From NCBI RefSeq assembly GCF_028641065.1, contig NC_073384.1, positions 17,174,001 through 17,238,000 of the forward strand: a stretch of DNA of 64,000 nt. The letters are read 5' to 3'. Below, piece after piece: positions 11,617 to 24,260 of the stretch (the first letter of the stretch is position 1; the number at the start of each line of letters is the position of its first letter). Below the pieces are notes generated by a model. The model was given only the letters and a program-made list of their open reading frames with translations, was not told the origin of the DNA and made no database searches. Both the position numbers and the translations under genes were made by a program. This DNA is from Leucoraja erinacea (taxonomy: Eukaryota).

Positions 11617-13800
11617 TGGGCTACCATCGACTCGACAGTCAAAAAGGCACAACATGATGTACTTCCTACGGCAGCTGAGGAAGCACAATCTGCCACAGGC
11701 AATGATGGTACAATTCTACACGGCCATCGTAGAGTCTGGCCTCACCTTCTCCATCATGGTCTGGTTTGGCTCAGCCACCAAGCATGGCACCTGGAGGCTG
11801 CGGCGAATCGTCCCATCAGCTGAGAAGGTTATTGGCTGCAACCTTCCCTCCATTGATGAACTGTACACTGCAAGAGCCAGGAAGCGAGCGGACAAGATCA
11901 TCTCTGACCCATTGATCTCACCCTGGCCACAAACTCTTTGAATCACTTCCCTCTGGAAGGTGACTCCGGACTGTCAAAGCTGCCACAGCCAGACATATAA
12001 CCATATAGCCATATAACCATATAACAATTACAGCACGGAAACAGGCCATCTCGAACCTTCTAGTCCGTGCCGAACACGCATTCTCCGCTAGTCCCATATA
12101 CCTGCGCTCAGACCATAACCCTCCATTCCTTTCCCGTCCATATAACTATCCAATTTATTTTTAAATTATAAAAATAAACCTGCCTCCACCACCTTCACTG
12201 GAAGCTCATTCCTCACAGCCACCACTCTCTGAGTAAAGAAGTTCCCCCTCATGTTACCCCTAAACTTCTGTCCTTTAATTCTCAAGTCATGTCCCCTTGT
12301 TTGAATCTTCCCTACTCTCAGTGGGAAAAGCTTATCCACGTCAACTCTGTCTATCCCTCTCATCATTTTAAAGACCTCTATCAAGTCCCCCCTTAACCTT
12401 CTGCGCTCCAAAGAATAAAGCCCTAACTTGTTCAACCTTTCTCTGTAACTTAGTTGCTGAAACCCAGGCAACATTCTAGTAAATGTCCTCTCTACTCTCT
12501 CAATTTTGTTGACGTCCTTCCTATAATTAGGCGACCAAAATTGTACACCATACTCCAGAATTGGCCTCACCAATGCCTTGTACAATTTTAACATTACATC
12601 CCAACTTCTATACTCAATGCTCTGATTTATAAAGGCCAGCACACCAAAAGCTTTCTTTACCACCCTATCTACATGAGATTCCACTTTCAGGGAACTGTGC
12701 ACAGTTATTCCCAGATCCCTCTGTTCACCTGCATTCTTCAATTCCCTACCATTTACCATGTACGTCCTATTTTGATTGTCCTGCCAAGATGTAGCACCTC
12801 ACACTTATCAGCATTAAACTCCATCTGCCATCTTTCAGCCCACTCTTCCAACTGGCATAAATCTCTCTGTAGACTTTGAAAATCTACTTCATTATCCACA
12901 ACCCCACCTATCTTAGTATCATCTGCATACTTACTAATCCAATTTACCACACCATCATCCAGATCATTGATGTACATGACAAACAACAGTAGACCCAACA
13001 CAGATCCCTGTGGCACCCCACTAGTCACTGGCCTCCAACCTGACAAACAACCATCCACCATTACCCTCTGGCATCTCCCATTCAGCCACTGTTGAATCCA
13101 TCTTGCTACTCCACCATTAATACCCAACCATTGAACCTTCTTAACCAACCTTCCGTGAGGAACCTTGTCAAAGGCCTTACTGAAGTCCATATATACAACA
13201 TCCACTTCTTTACCCTCATCAATTTCCCGAGTAACCTCTTCAAAGAATTCAAGAAGATTAGTCAAACATGACCTTCCAGGCACAAATCCATGTTGACTGT
13301 TCCTAATCAGATCCTGTTTATCCAGATGCTTATATATATTATCTCTAAGTATCCTATCCATTAATTTACCCACCACGGACGTCAAACTAACAGGTCTATA
13401 ATTGTTAGGTTTACTCTTAGACCCCTTTTTAAACAATGGAACAACATGCGCAGTACGCCAATCCTCCGGCACTATTCCCGTTTCTAATGACATTTGAAAT
13501 ATTTCTGTCATAGCCCCTGCTATTTCTACACTAACATAAAAACAGATTTTATCCATGAGCTCTACTCAACAGCCAAAAATCTGTGGCCTCCCTTTGATCT
13601 GGTATTTTGTTGGTTCACATGCTTGACCAATGGTGTTTTATAATTAATATTTCATCAATTATTAATGTTTAGTGTTTTCTGAGTCATTCGTAGCTGTCAC
13701 TGTATGTCACGTTGTTACGTGGGCGGAGCACCAAGGCAAATTCCTTGTATGTGAATACTTGGCCAATAAACTTACTTACTTACTTACTTACTTACTTATA
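11617..13800 (+). mobile_element. Rex-Babar/L2-group LINE 3' fragment, split by the CR1 insertion
   Basis: MYFLRQLRKHNLPQAMMVQFYTAIVES..SAEKVIGCNLPSI at 11617-11995 resumes at about 13534 and ends in AATAAA+(ctta)n at 13766-13798. Confidence 0.75.
11995..13533 (-). mobile_element. CR1 LINE, 5'-truncated, relatively young
   Basis: ORFs 12753-13556 and 12166-12759 give a nearly continuous RT (NYRPVSLTS, QHGF, DFSKAFD, GVPQGS, YADD) and CR1 C-terminus (LYSLERRRLRGDLIE, FFTQRVV) with one frameshift. Ends in a (ggttatat)n tail. Confidence 0.95.
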
Positions 13801-14684
13801 CTCATGGAAATTGTGATTTGACTGGAAACAAAGCTTTTCACTATATCTCAGCACACATGACAATACTAAACTCACACCAACATGCCTTCATTGGTCGTAG
13901 TGTTGAGTATGAAAGTTGACAAGTCATGTTGCAGCTTTATAAAGCCAGTGAGGCCTCATTTAGTATTATGTGCACTTCAGGTCGCTATTACAGGACAGAT
14001 GAGGAGGCTTTGGTGACGGAGCAGGAAAGGTTCACCTGGATCTGTCTGTGTATCAGCTATAAGGAGGACATCATGTTTTGTTTTCTCTGGGGATTGGGGG
14101 CTGAGAGTTTATAAAACCTGATAGTTTATAAAATGATGAGAAGTGTAGATAGAGTAGATGAACAGCCCTTTTCAAGAATGAAAACATAAAATATTAGAGG
14201 ACAAAGCGTTAAGGGTGAGATGGCGAAAGTTCTAAGGAGATTTACAAGGTACTTTTTTTTAAACAGGGTGGTACTGCTGAGGTAAATGGTGAAAGTAGAT
14301 ATGAGAGAATGTTTCAGGGGAATTCAGAAAGACATATCAACAGGCAGGGTATAGAGGGACACCTACAATGTGCATGAGCTGTGGTTAGTTTGGGATTAAG
14401 CAAATCCCTTGATGAGTTTAAGGACTCTAGTACACAAGAGGGGAATTTAGAGTTCAAGAAGAGGACATGGGATAGCTTTGGCAGTTAAGTAAATGAGAAT
14501 CCTAAAAGATTCTGTAAGTACAGTAAATACAGAGCAAAAGAGTAAAGAGGGAGAGAATATTCCATTTAAGGAGCAATGTAGTCATCTATGCTTGGATTCT
14601 TAAGCAGTGTATGAGATCCTAAATTAATATTTCTCATCGGTACTTACTGTGGAGGAAGTCAAGGAAGCTAAGGAATTGTGGAAT

Positions 14685-15361
14685 AAACACTGGAAGATCC
14701 AGTAAAGTAAGTCAGTTGTTTGAGGTTGGCCGTGAGTAAAGGCAACAGTGGCATGATATAGGGATACCTAAATAATTAATAAGTATATACCAGCTAACAA
14801 TGTCATAAAATAGCCTTTTGATAAAATGCATTGATGTTGATGGATCTAAATTAGATTTTCCCTCAATAAATTCCATCTTCCGCAGTCTGGCCACTCAATG
14901 ACTCTGTTTGTGTCTTGGTAACTTGCACCACTGCCTAATTCAGTAGTGTCTGTGAACATGGCTGAACCTCATCAGGTCACTGTCTGATCTATTGACTCAG
15001 TTTCTCTCATTTCTGTCGCAGTCTCACTGACAAATATTTTCAGAATATTGGGCTATTCATTCAGTCTACACCAGCTGATTCTGCTTTTATATATAACTCT
15101 GAATTCCCCCATCAGGTTAAAAGTGCAGGTCCCTAAGGATTATCAAGGGTTGCCATTTGACACGCCCTGCCAATTATGCAACCTCTCTGTCTCTTATCTT
15201 TCAAAATCACCTGATATTTTGTGTGCTCACGTATTCGGAACCTGATGAAATCCTTCCTGTAAATTAAATGGAGGCAATATCGACAAAAGTTTAATCACCA
15301 TTACAGATCATGAGGGGGAAGTTGCGGTCTTCACTCTATATTACCGAGCTCGCTATCTCTT
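14685..15361 (-). repeat. Inverted duplication, copy 2
   Basis: Reverse complement of about 5620-6345, with substitutions and small indels. Confidence 0.8.
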
Positions 15362-17219
15362 TCCTCTCAGCTTGTGAAAAAGACTGTGACTGCTGACAAG
15401 TCTCACACTTCTGCTCTCTTTCCATCTCCATCCTCCCAGAACAAGGATAGGGTTCCTCTTGTCCTCATCTCCCATCCCCGTCAGCCCCATATTATTAATG
15501 AGCTTTCCCACGGAGCAATTATGATGAAGGACATTTGCTTAGAAAAGCAAGGTGTAGAATCAGTCAGGGTTGAAGCTTAGAAGCAGCAAGTTCTGCAAGT
15601 GCCCTCCATTTCTGCCAGTCATCCAATTGTGACTTTGTCTTAGTTTTTTCTCTCTCCATTAGCACAGCCTGCCCAGCTATCAGCAACACATATATAGACA
15701 AGGAAGCACCATCTCTTTCCAACTTGTTGCATCAACCAATTTGGTCTTTCCACATCAGAGATATTCTCTTTGGCCTTTCCATCCCACCCTCGCATTCTCT
15801 ACGACATAAAACAAACTTTTTTTTCTCATAAGATAGAACAAATTGCTGGAGCATCTCAGGTGGTCTTGGGTCAGGACCCTTCTTCTGACCTGAAATGTCA
15901 CCTTTCCAATTTTTCCCCGAGATTCTGCCTGGCCTACTTGAGTTACTACGGCATCTTGTCTATATTTGGTATAAACCAGCATCTGCGGTTCCTTATTATT
16001 ACATTTTATCTTTCCCAGTTCTGAGCAAAGATTGCAGCTTGAAATGTGTACTGTCTCTCTTTCCACAGATGCAGACAGACCTGCTGAGGGTATCCAGCGT
16101 TTGGTGGTTTTATTGCACGTTTGCAGAATCGTCAATTTCTTAGTTGTCATGGATTGGGAAATGCTGATTAGAAAGGATCTTTGATGCATCTAAACATCAG
16201 TTACTGAAAGCAAACACGCTCGTACAGTGTGGTAACTGTTTTGTTATAGGGCTTCAGTACAAGTACAAGGATAACACAACATTTACACAGGGCCAGTTTA
16301 ATTTTCCAACCCAGGAGTATAATTATCGAATGTAGAAAAGTTTGGAAAATTATAATGTGTCTGCAACTGGCTTTCTTATTTCTTTTCATACCCTGGGAAG
16401 GAAAGGATCAGGTCTTGGGTAATTGTTTGTCCATCAATGTTTCTTCTAAATAATTTATTTTGTATAACTTATGTTAAGCTGGAAAAAGTAAAGAAATTAT
16501 TTACAAGGAGGTCGCTAGGACTCGAGAGACTGTGTTATAAGGAGAGGTCGGGTAAACAAGGACTTTATTCCATATGGGGATTTCCTTATTCCTGAGGGGT
16601 GATCTTATTGAGGTGTACAAAATCATGAGGGACATAGATATGATGAAAGCACACAGTCTTTTTTCCCAGGGGAGGGTAATCAAAAACAAAAGAGCATAGG
16701 TTTAGAGGGCCTGTAGGTGGTGTTTTGTACATGGAACACGCTGACAGAGGAAGTGTTTGAGTCGTGTGCCATTCAACATTTATAAGGCATTTGGACAAAC
16801 ACATTTAGGAAAGGGTTTGACGGATGTGAGCAAACATGGCCAAATATGACTAGCTTAGACAAGGCATCTTGGTCAGCACAGATGGGTTAGACTGATCCTA
16901 GTTCTACATCTCTCCATATCACCATCTATATTCCTCATTTCCCATCCCCCTAACTCTCAATCTGAAGAAGGGTCTCGACCCAAAACGTCACTTATTCTTT
17001 TTCTCCAGAGATGCTGCCTGACCCGTTGAGTTACTCCAGCATGTTGTGTCTATCTTCGGTTTAAACCAGCATCTGCATTTCTTTCCTACACACCCTGTTT
17101 CCGTGCTGTATGACTCTATGACTCATTACTCTGTATGTTCTAGAACAGTCTGAAGAAATCATCTAGAACAGTCTGAAGAAATTCTGAGCAACTAGGAGCG
17201 CATTGCACTGGACAGGCAT

Positions 17220-18687
17220 CAGGGCCGGCCTTAGGAGGTGCGGGGCCCAATTGGGAACAATTTTGGTGAGCCCCAGGTTGCCAGCCAAGGTCTGTAGAAT
17301 CATAGAAATATAAATACAGTCTATTATAGACTTTATATCTCTATGGTAGAATGGAAAGTAATCAAAATGGGTGCTTAAAAAGTGCCAGCGAGTTAATGGA
17401 CCAAACAGATCTAAGCTACATTTTAATGTAAAATTGTATATATGTAAGCTTACAAGTAACAAACAAAATGTGTAGATCACCTCTGCAAAGTACATAGTTA
17501 CAATACCACTTGTTTTATTAACTGTGAAATGAAAAAAAAGTCATGTAATTAACTAGATCCTGGAAAACCAATAACTATTGGCGAAAAACCAGTCCAGGCA
17601 TTACATTTTGGGCTTCAGCCGCATTCTACCCTTTGGGCCTCTACCCCATCCTAACTTAGTTGTGTGTGTGTGCACGTGTTATTTGTGTGGGTGTTAATTA
17701 TCTGCGTTGTGTGTGTGGGTGTGTGTGTGCGTGTGTTAGTTGTCAGTGCGTTATGTGTGTGTGTGGGAGGGAAGGAGAGAAGAGTGAGGGAAGTAGAGGG
17801 AAGGAGAGAAGGGAGGGAGGAAAGGAGAGAAAGAAGGGAGGGAGGGAGGGAGGGAAAAGAGAGAGAGAGAGGGAGGGAGGGAAGGAGAGAAGGGAGAGAA
17901 GAAGAGAGGGAAGAGGACATGACTTGAGAATTAAGGGACAGACGTTTAGGGGTAATATGAGGGGGAACTTCTTTACTCAGAGAGTGGTAGCTGTGTGGAA
18001 TGAGCTTCCAGTGAAAGTGGTAGAGGCAGGTTCGATTTTATCATTTAAAAATAAATTGGACAGGTATATGGATGGGAAAGGAATGGAGGGTTATGGTCTG
18101 AGTGCAGGTAGATGGGACTAGGGGAAAATAAGTGTTCAGCACGCACTTGAAGGGACGAGATGGCTTGTTTCCGTGCTGTAATTGTTATATGGTTATATGG
18201 TTATATGGAAGGGAGGGAGGGAAGGGAAGGAGAGAAGGGAGGGAGAGGGCCGGCGGCGGGAGTGGATGCCGGGGTCCGGGCGAACGGGTGTGAGCTGAGG
18301 CCGAGGTTTGTAAATGTTGCTCCAACCCCAGGCCCAGCCTTCCTTGTATTGTTCACTGCATCTCTCTGGGGAGAGAGAAGGGTGGAGCCAGGGCTGTGTG
18401 TGTGAAGCATGGCGACTGGAGGGGCGGGAGCACTGCCTTGGGACCGTGAGGGAATGACCCATCTCCCCCTCTCCCCCTCTCCCCCTCTCCCCCTTCTCCT
18501 CCTCCTCCATTCCCCCTCATGCTCCCCTCCCCTTCTACCCTTTCTTCCTCCTCAACCCCACTACTCTCTCCACCCCTCTCTCCCCCCTCCACCCAGGGTA
18601 GATCTACCCAAGCAGAGAGTAGACTACTGAAGTGCGGGGCCCCCTTAGGCGCGGGGACCAATTGGGAGGGGCTTAAGGCCGGCCCTG
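17220..18687. mobile_element. Non-autonomous hAT-type DNA transposon with a nested CR1 3' end
   Basis: 14-bp TIRs CAGGGCCGGCCTTA..TAAGGCCGGCCCTG and a decayed 8-bp TSD acaggcat/ataggcgt. CR1 tail at about 17910-18206, plus GT and GA simple repeats. Confidence 0.8.
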
Positions 18688-18695
18688 ATAGGCGT

Positions 18696-18957
18696 TCCAG
18701 GAGGAAATCCATGCTTGAAGGAGCTGCACGAAATGGAACTACGCCGTGTCACAGAGACAAAGTAAGGAGAGAGAGAAGGGGGCTCAAGGACTAGCAACCA
18801 CCGCCAGTCTCCACTGCCTACGTTGCACCAAGGCGTGTGGATCGCGGATCGGCCTCTACAGACATCTGCAGACCCACATGTAGACGACCCTGTGGAGAGG
18901 AGAGGACAGTCATACTCGTTTTGAGTGACTGCCGATGATGATGATGATGATGATGAT
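18696..18957 (+). mobile_element. RTE-type LINE 3' end
   Basis: C-terminal HCLRCTKACGSRIGLYRHLQTH zinc-finger-like motif and (gat)n tail. It appears to continue from about 17185, on the other side of the hAT element. Confidence 0.65.
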
Positions 18958-19529
18958 TGTGTTAAAATCTGTCCGTTTTTGTTGTGGAATACAGAATTTC
19001 TTCTCATGATCTATTTGAAAATCTTGCCTGGGTTTAACCTTATTGAATGATGATGAATGTTAATCTGCCTGAAACTAACTCGGTTTCTCTCCCCACCCGC
19101 AGCTCTGAGCTGCTGAGTGTTCCTGGCTTTTGTGTTATTATCCATCCTGCCTCTGCAGTCTTTTGCCTGTATCTCGTTATTGGGCCAAAATTTCTCCCTG
19201 GGCAATGTTCTCTCTCCTAATAGATTTATAGATTTAGGCACAGCGTTCAACACCATTATCCTGTCCAAACTCAGGGATCTGGGTCAATGCTCCATCAGCA
19301 CAGGGGCACCTCAAGGCTGTGTGTTCAAACCCCTGCTCTACCCTCTGTATACCCGTGACTGTGTAGCCAGCTGCAGCTACAAAGCCATCTTTAAATTCTA
19401 TGATGATACCACCATCCTTGGTTGAGTAATGGCTAATGATGAGAGGGTAATGGAGGGAGATCGATAATTTAGTTGAGTGGTGTCAGAACAAGAATTTTGC
19501 TCTCAGCATCAGCAAGAAAACGGAACATA

Positions 19530-20735
19530 TCTCAACTTCATCATATCCCCCCTGGTTAAATCCCTCCCTACCTATGTTCAAGCCACCTCAGGCACTCTCC
19601 GTCGTCTCCGGGCATTCCGTTCTCTAGGCTCCCATCCCCTCATCTTCACCATGGATGCCCAGTCACTCCATACCTCCATCCCACACCAGGATGGTCTCAA
19701 AGCCCTCCGGTTCTTCCTCGACCAGAGACCCAACCAATCCCCATCTACAGATACTCTCCTCCGCCTAGCGGAGCTGGTCCTTACCCTTAATAACTTTTAG
19801 TTTAACTCCTCCCATTTCCTCCAAATACAAGTCAAAGCTATGGGCGCGTGCATGGGCCCAAGCTATGCCTGCCTCTTTGTAGGGTACGTCGAACAATCCT
19901 TGTTCGAGATGTACCCGGGCCCCATCCCCGACCTCTACCTCCGCTACATCAACGATTGCATTGGTGCCACCTCCTGCACCCACACACAACTCATTGACTT
20001 CATCCGCTTCACCACTAACTTCCATCCAGCACTCAAATATACCTGGACCATTTCTGACACTTCCGTACCATTTCTTGACCTCACTATCTCTATCGCAGAT
20101 TGACTTCTGACCGCCATCCACCATAAATATACTGACTCCCATGGCTATCTGGACTACACTTCTTCCCACCCTGCTTCCTGTAAGGACTCCATCCCCTACT
20201 CCCAATTCCTCTGTCTACGCCTCATCTGCTCCAAGGATGAGGTGTTCCACACCAGGGCATCTGAAATGTCCTCATTCTTCAGGGAACGGGGGGGGCGTTC
20301 CTCTCCCCTACTATAGATGAGGCTCTCACTAGGGTTTCTTCAATACCCCATAACACGGCTCTCTCTCCCCATCCCCCCACTCACAACAAGGGCAGAGTCC
20401 CCCTAGTCCTCACCTTTCACCCCACGAGCCGTCACATACAACAAATAGTCCTCCGTCATTTTCGCCACCTCCAACGTGACCCCACCACTCACCACATCTT
20501 CCCGTCTCCATCCCTGTCTGCTTTACACAAAGACCCCTCCCTCCGTAACTCCCTGGTCAATTCTTCCCTTAACTCCTGCACCAACCCCTCCCCGGGCACT
20601 TTCCCTTGCAACCGCAAGAGATGCTACACTTGTCGCTTTACCTACCCCCTCGATTCCATTCAAGGACCCAGCAGTCATTCCAGGTGCGACAGAGGTTCAC
20701 CTGCAGCTCCTCCATCCTCATCTATTGCATCCACT
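19530..20735 (+). mobile_element. Penelope-like element fragment (RT and start of GIY-YIG domain), degenerate
   Basis: IFTMDAQSLHTSIPH, LVLTLNNF, AMGACMGPSYACLF, YLRYINDC, PFLDL and FTCSSSILIYCIHC motifs across broken frames. Confidence 0.88.
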
Positions 20736-21401
20736 GCATTATCCCGCACACTAGAGACAATTTACAATTTTACCAAATCCAATTATTGTACAAACGTGTA
20801 TGTTTTTGGAGTGTAGGAAGAAAACAAAGCACTTGGAGAAATCCCACATGGTCACACAGAGAACGTACAATATCCGAAAAGATTAATGTGCCGAAGGCAA
20901 GTAAGTAAGAATTTAATTGCTCCAGTCCACTTCCGCCGCATATGAAAAATAAACACTCTTCCCATTATTATATCCCCTTCACACATCTCATTACTTTTAT
21001 TCCCTCCATTACATCTGGGTGTTTAATCTCCACTCTTTCTTGCATTTGTTTAATGCATTTCTTATAGATACAGTGTGGGTTGCGAATGTGTACGTGATTC
21101 CTATCTTCTGATATTTCATATAAATAATTTTCTCCGAGATGAACCAGAACAGCCTCAAATGACTTCTAAACCTTGATTACCAAAGCAGAGAAACAAATTG
21201 ATATCCATGCTTGGTAGGAATCCCAGAGCAGTACACTTCAGTGTCCTTCTCACAGCTAACCAAGAACACAAAACATCTCAATTTTAAACAGAAATATTCA
21301 ACTGTAAAATAGTAGATACACATCACTGCAATATGTAAATTGAACTTGAAAACAGATGAAACTAACCCAGACTGGGCGACCCATCCTGGGACTGTACTTA
21401 C

Positions 21402-21450
21402 CCACTGCACAGAGGAACAGAGTCAAGGTGGAGAATATCAGTGCAAACAT
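21402..21450 (-). CDS. Gene A exon 1: signal peptide (leader)
   Basis: ATG..MFALIFSTLTLFLCAV+G|gtaagt; 49 nt, phase-1 donor compatible with the VJ exon at 5366. Hydrophobic leader in unique sequence with an ETS motif upstream. Linkage across the 16-kb intron is inferred. Confidence 0.75.
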
Positions 21451-21578
21451 GTTGCAAACTTGGTTTGCAACGATCAGACTTCTGTTCATTCAGACCCGAT
21501 GTTCCCGTTACTGTTTTTGAAGCGACTGACCTCTTCAACTTCCCCACAAGATTGTTTCATCACAAATGCGTGGAGTGT

Positions 21579-21589
21579 AAAGAGGAAGT
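21579..21589 (+). promoter_or_regulatory. PU.1/Spi-B-type ETS site upstream of gene A
   Basis: AAAGAGGAAGT, 129 bp upstream of the leader ATG; matches the PU-box consensus. A RUNX-like CCCACA lies at about 21543. Confidence 0.5.
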
Positions 21590-24260
21590 CATGGGGCAAG
21601 TGTGCAGTGGAAACCACTGAAAATTTACTCTCAAACTGTAGGTAGACCACCAGAGTAGTTTTCACCATTCTCTCTGGATGCATCGACGATGGTCACGGAT
21701 GCAAGTTTCAGATGTACTGAAGGCAAATCATTGTAGTCACCCCTGATGCTGAAGTTGGGTTGTACAGGGTGGTTAAAGAACTTGATGGTTGATGGGAAGA
21801 GGTTGTTCTTCAACCTGGAGGTAACAGCCTTCAGGCTCCTGTACTTTCTACCTAATGGTACAGGAAGATGAGAGTATGGCCACGGTGATGTGGATCTGTT
21901 TCTTGGCACCATTTGGCCAGTTGATCGATCTTCCCCCAATACTCTGACTCATCATCATCCATAATTGGTTCAACTATGGTGGTGTCGTCGGCAGATTTGA
22001 AGATGGAGTTGGAACTGTGTCCGGCCACACATTAATGGGTACAGAGTACGGGGCTGAGCACCCAGCCTTGAGGTGCTCCTGTGCTGATGGTTCCTGATCA
22101 AGCAGGAAGTTTGGCTATGAGGTGGAGGAAATGCATTACAATTAGGGAGAAGTTCACAGTGGCACTTGGAGAGAACGTACTAGAGGATTAATTAATCCAC
22201 TGTGGGTAGTTTATTCACAGCAGGTAGACTTCACAATAAACAAAGGCACGATCATGCTGACGGGATGATATAATGGGCCCTCCAAAAACCAGCAGGAAAT
22301 AGAAGAACAAATATATATACTGATTACAGGAAACTATAAAACTATCCGGGTTAATTGGCTGCTGCAAATTATCCCAAGTATGTAGGATAGAACTAGTCTT
22401 TAATCTTTTACTTTAGCCTTTAGCGATTATAGTGTGAAAACGGGCCCTTCGGACAACCGATTCCAAGCCGACCAGTGACCATCCCGTACACCAGCACTAA
22501 CCTACATACTAGGGAATTTTTTTATCATTTTTACCAAAGACAATTAACCTACAATCCTGTACGTTTTTGGAGTGTGGGAGCAAACCGGAGCACCCGGAGA
22601 AAGCCCATTTGTTCACAGAGAGAACGTACAAACTATGTACAGACACCAACTTTATTCAGTGTTGAACCCGAGTTTTTTTGCGCTGTAAGGCAGCAACTCT
22701 ACCGCTGTGCATCCGTGTCACCCAGTGTATGGGTGATTGGTGGTCGGCGCAGATTCGGTTGGCCGAAGGGCCTGTTACCATGCTGTATCTATAAACTAAA
22801 CTAAACTGAAAACCTGCGGACCGTGGTCAAACTTGTAACAGGTTTTGGACAGGGCAGAGAGAAACTTTCTGGCAAAAGTGGAACATTGAGAACGCTAGTT
22901 TATAACCTCATTACTTCCTTTTCAGTGAAAATGCAAAAGTGTACAGGATAAAACAGAAATCCATACCGACATTTATATTGTAATCTCCCTCTTCTGAAAT
23001 ATGTTACTCAACAGATTGCACAATTTCTTGTTCAGAGGCACCCTTAAATTTCTGCACTCTCATCATAAATGTGATGCAATTAAAAATAATCCCTCCAAAA
23101 TATGCAGATGTGGTTTTTTTTAGAGGTGGCTTCCTCTTCCACTGCTTGTTAGAAATACATTTACCAATGTGAATAAATTCATATTTCAGGATGATATTGT
23201 TGCTTGCAAAATTTGGTTACTCGTTACACATCTCCTCTCTGCCCAACATACGGTCACTTCATATAAAACTTCCTATCCTAATGGTGAAAGGCCTGGATAG
23301 AGTGGATGTGGAGAGGGTGTTTCCACCAATGGGAGAGTCTAGGACCAGAGGCCGTAATACCTTTAGAAAAGAGATGAGGAGGAATTTATTTAGTCAGAGT
23401 GTGGTGAATCTGTGGAATTCATTGCCCCAGATATCTGTGGAGACCAAGTCAATGAATATTTTGAAGGCAGAGATTGACAGGTTCTTGATTACTACGGGTG
23501 TCAGGGATTATGGGGAGAAGGCAGGATAATGGGGTTGAGAGGGAAAGATATATCAGCCATGATTGAATGGCCAAGTAGACCTGATGGGCCGAATGGCCTA
23601 ATTCTGCTCCTATAACTTATGAAGATCCATTCCTCGTTGGATTGATCATCCTAAAAATTGTCTGAAAACACTTACATGTTGGCCGCTCGTATATTCCTCA
23701 TTGCTTTCAGTCAGCTATTGATGGTCATTATGCCTTTAACATGCACCTCTCATTACCCCCACTTCCGACCTCCCCACTCTTTCCACCACTCCCCCCTCCC
23801 ACCCCCCACCCAAGCTCTCTTCCTATCTCCTCCTTTCTTAAAATGTAGTACTCTGATCAAGTGTTTCACACAAGCATAGAACAGTACAGCAGAGGGAAAG
23901 GTTCTTTGACCCACCATATCTGTGTCGAACATGATGCCAATTTAAACTATTCCCATCTGCCTGCACATGGTCTCACCATTCTCTACTTGTTAATATCTTT
24001 GTCTAAATGACTATTAACTACCACTCAGATCTGCCTCCACCACATCCCCCGGCAATGTGTTCCAGGAACCTAACACTCTGTGAAAACAAGAACTTGCCTC
24101 ATATATATTCTTTAAACTTTCCTACTCTCATCTTAAAGCCTTGATATCTAATATTTGACATTTCTACCCTGGAAAAAAAGACTTTGAGTATTCTAACCGG
24201 TCTATGGTGCTGTAGTCAGGCGACTCTGCGTGCAGGTCCCGAAAGTGGATTTGTGATTAT

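Noticed and set aside
17651-18794. Low-complexity Arg/Glu/Gly and Ser/Leu/Pro ORFs
   Set aside because: Translations of GT/GA simple repeats and a CR1 tail inside a hAT element.
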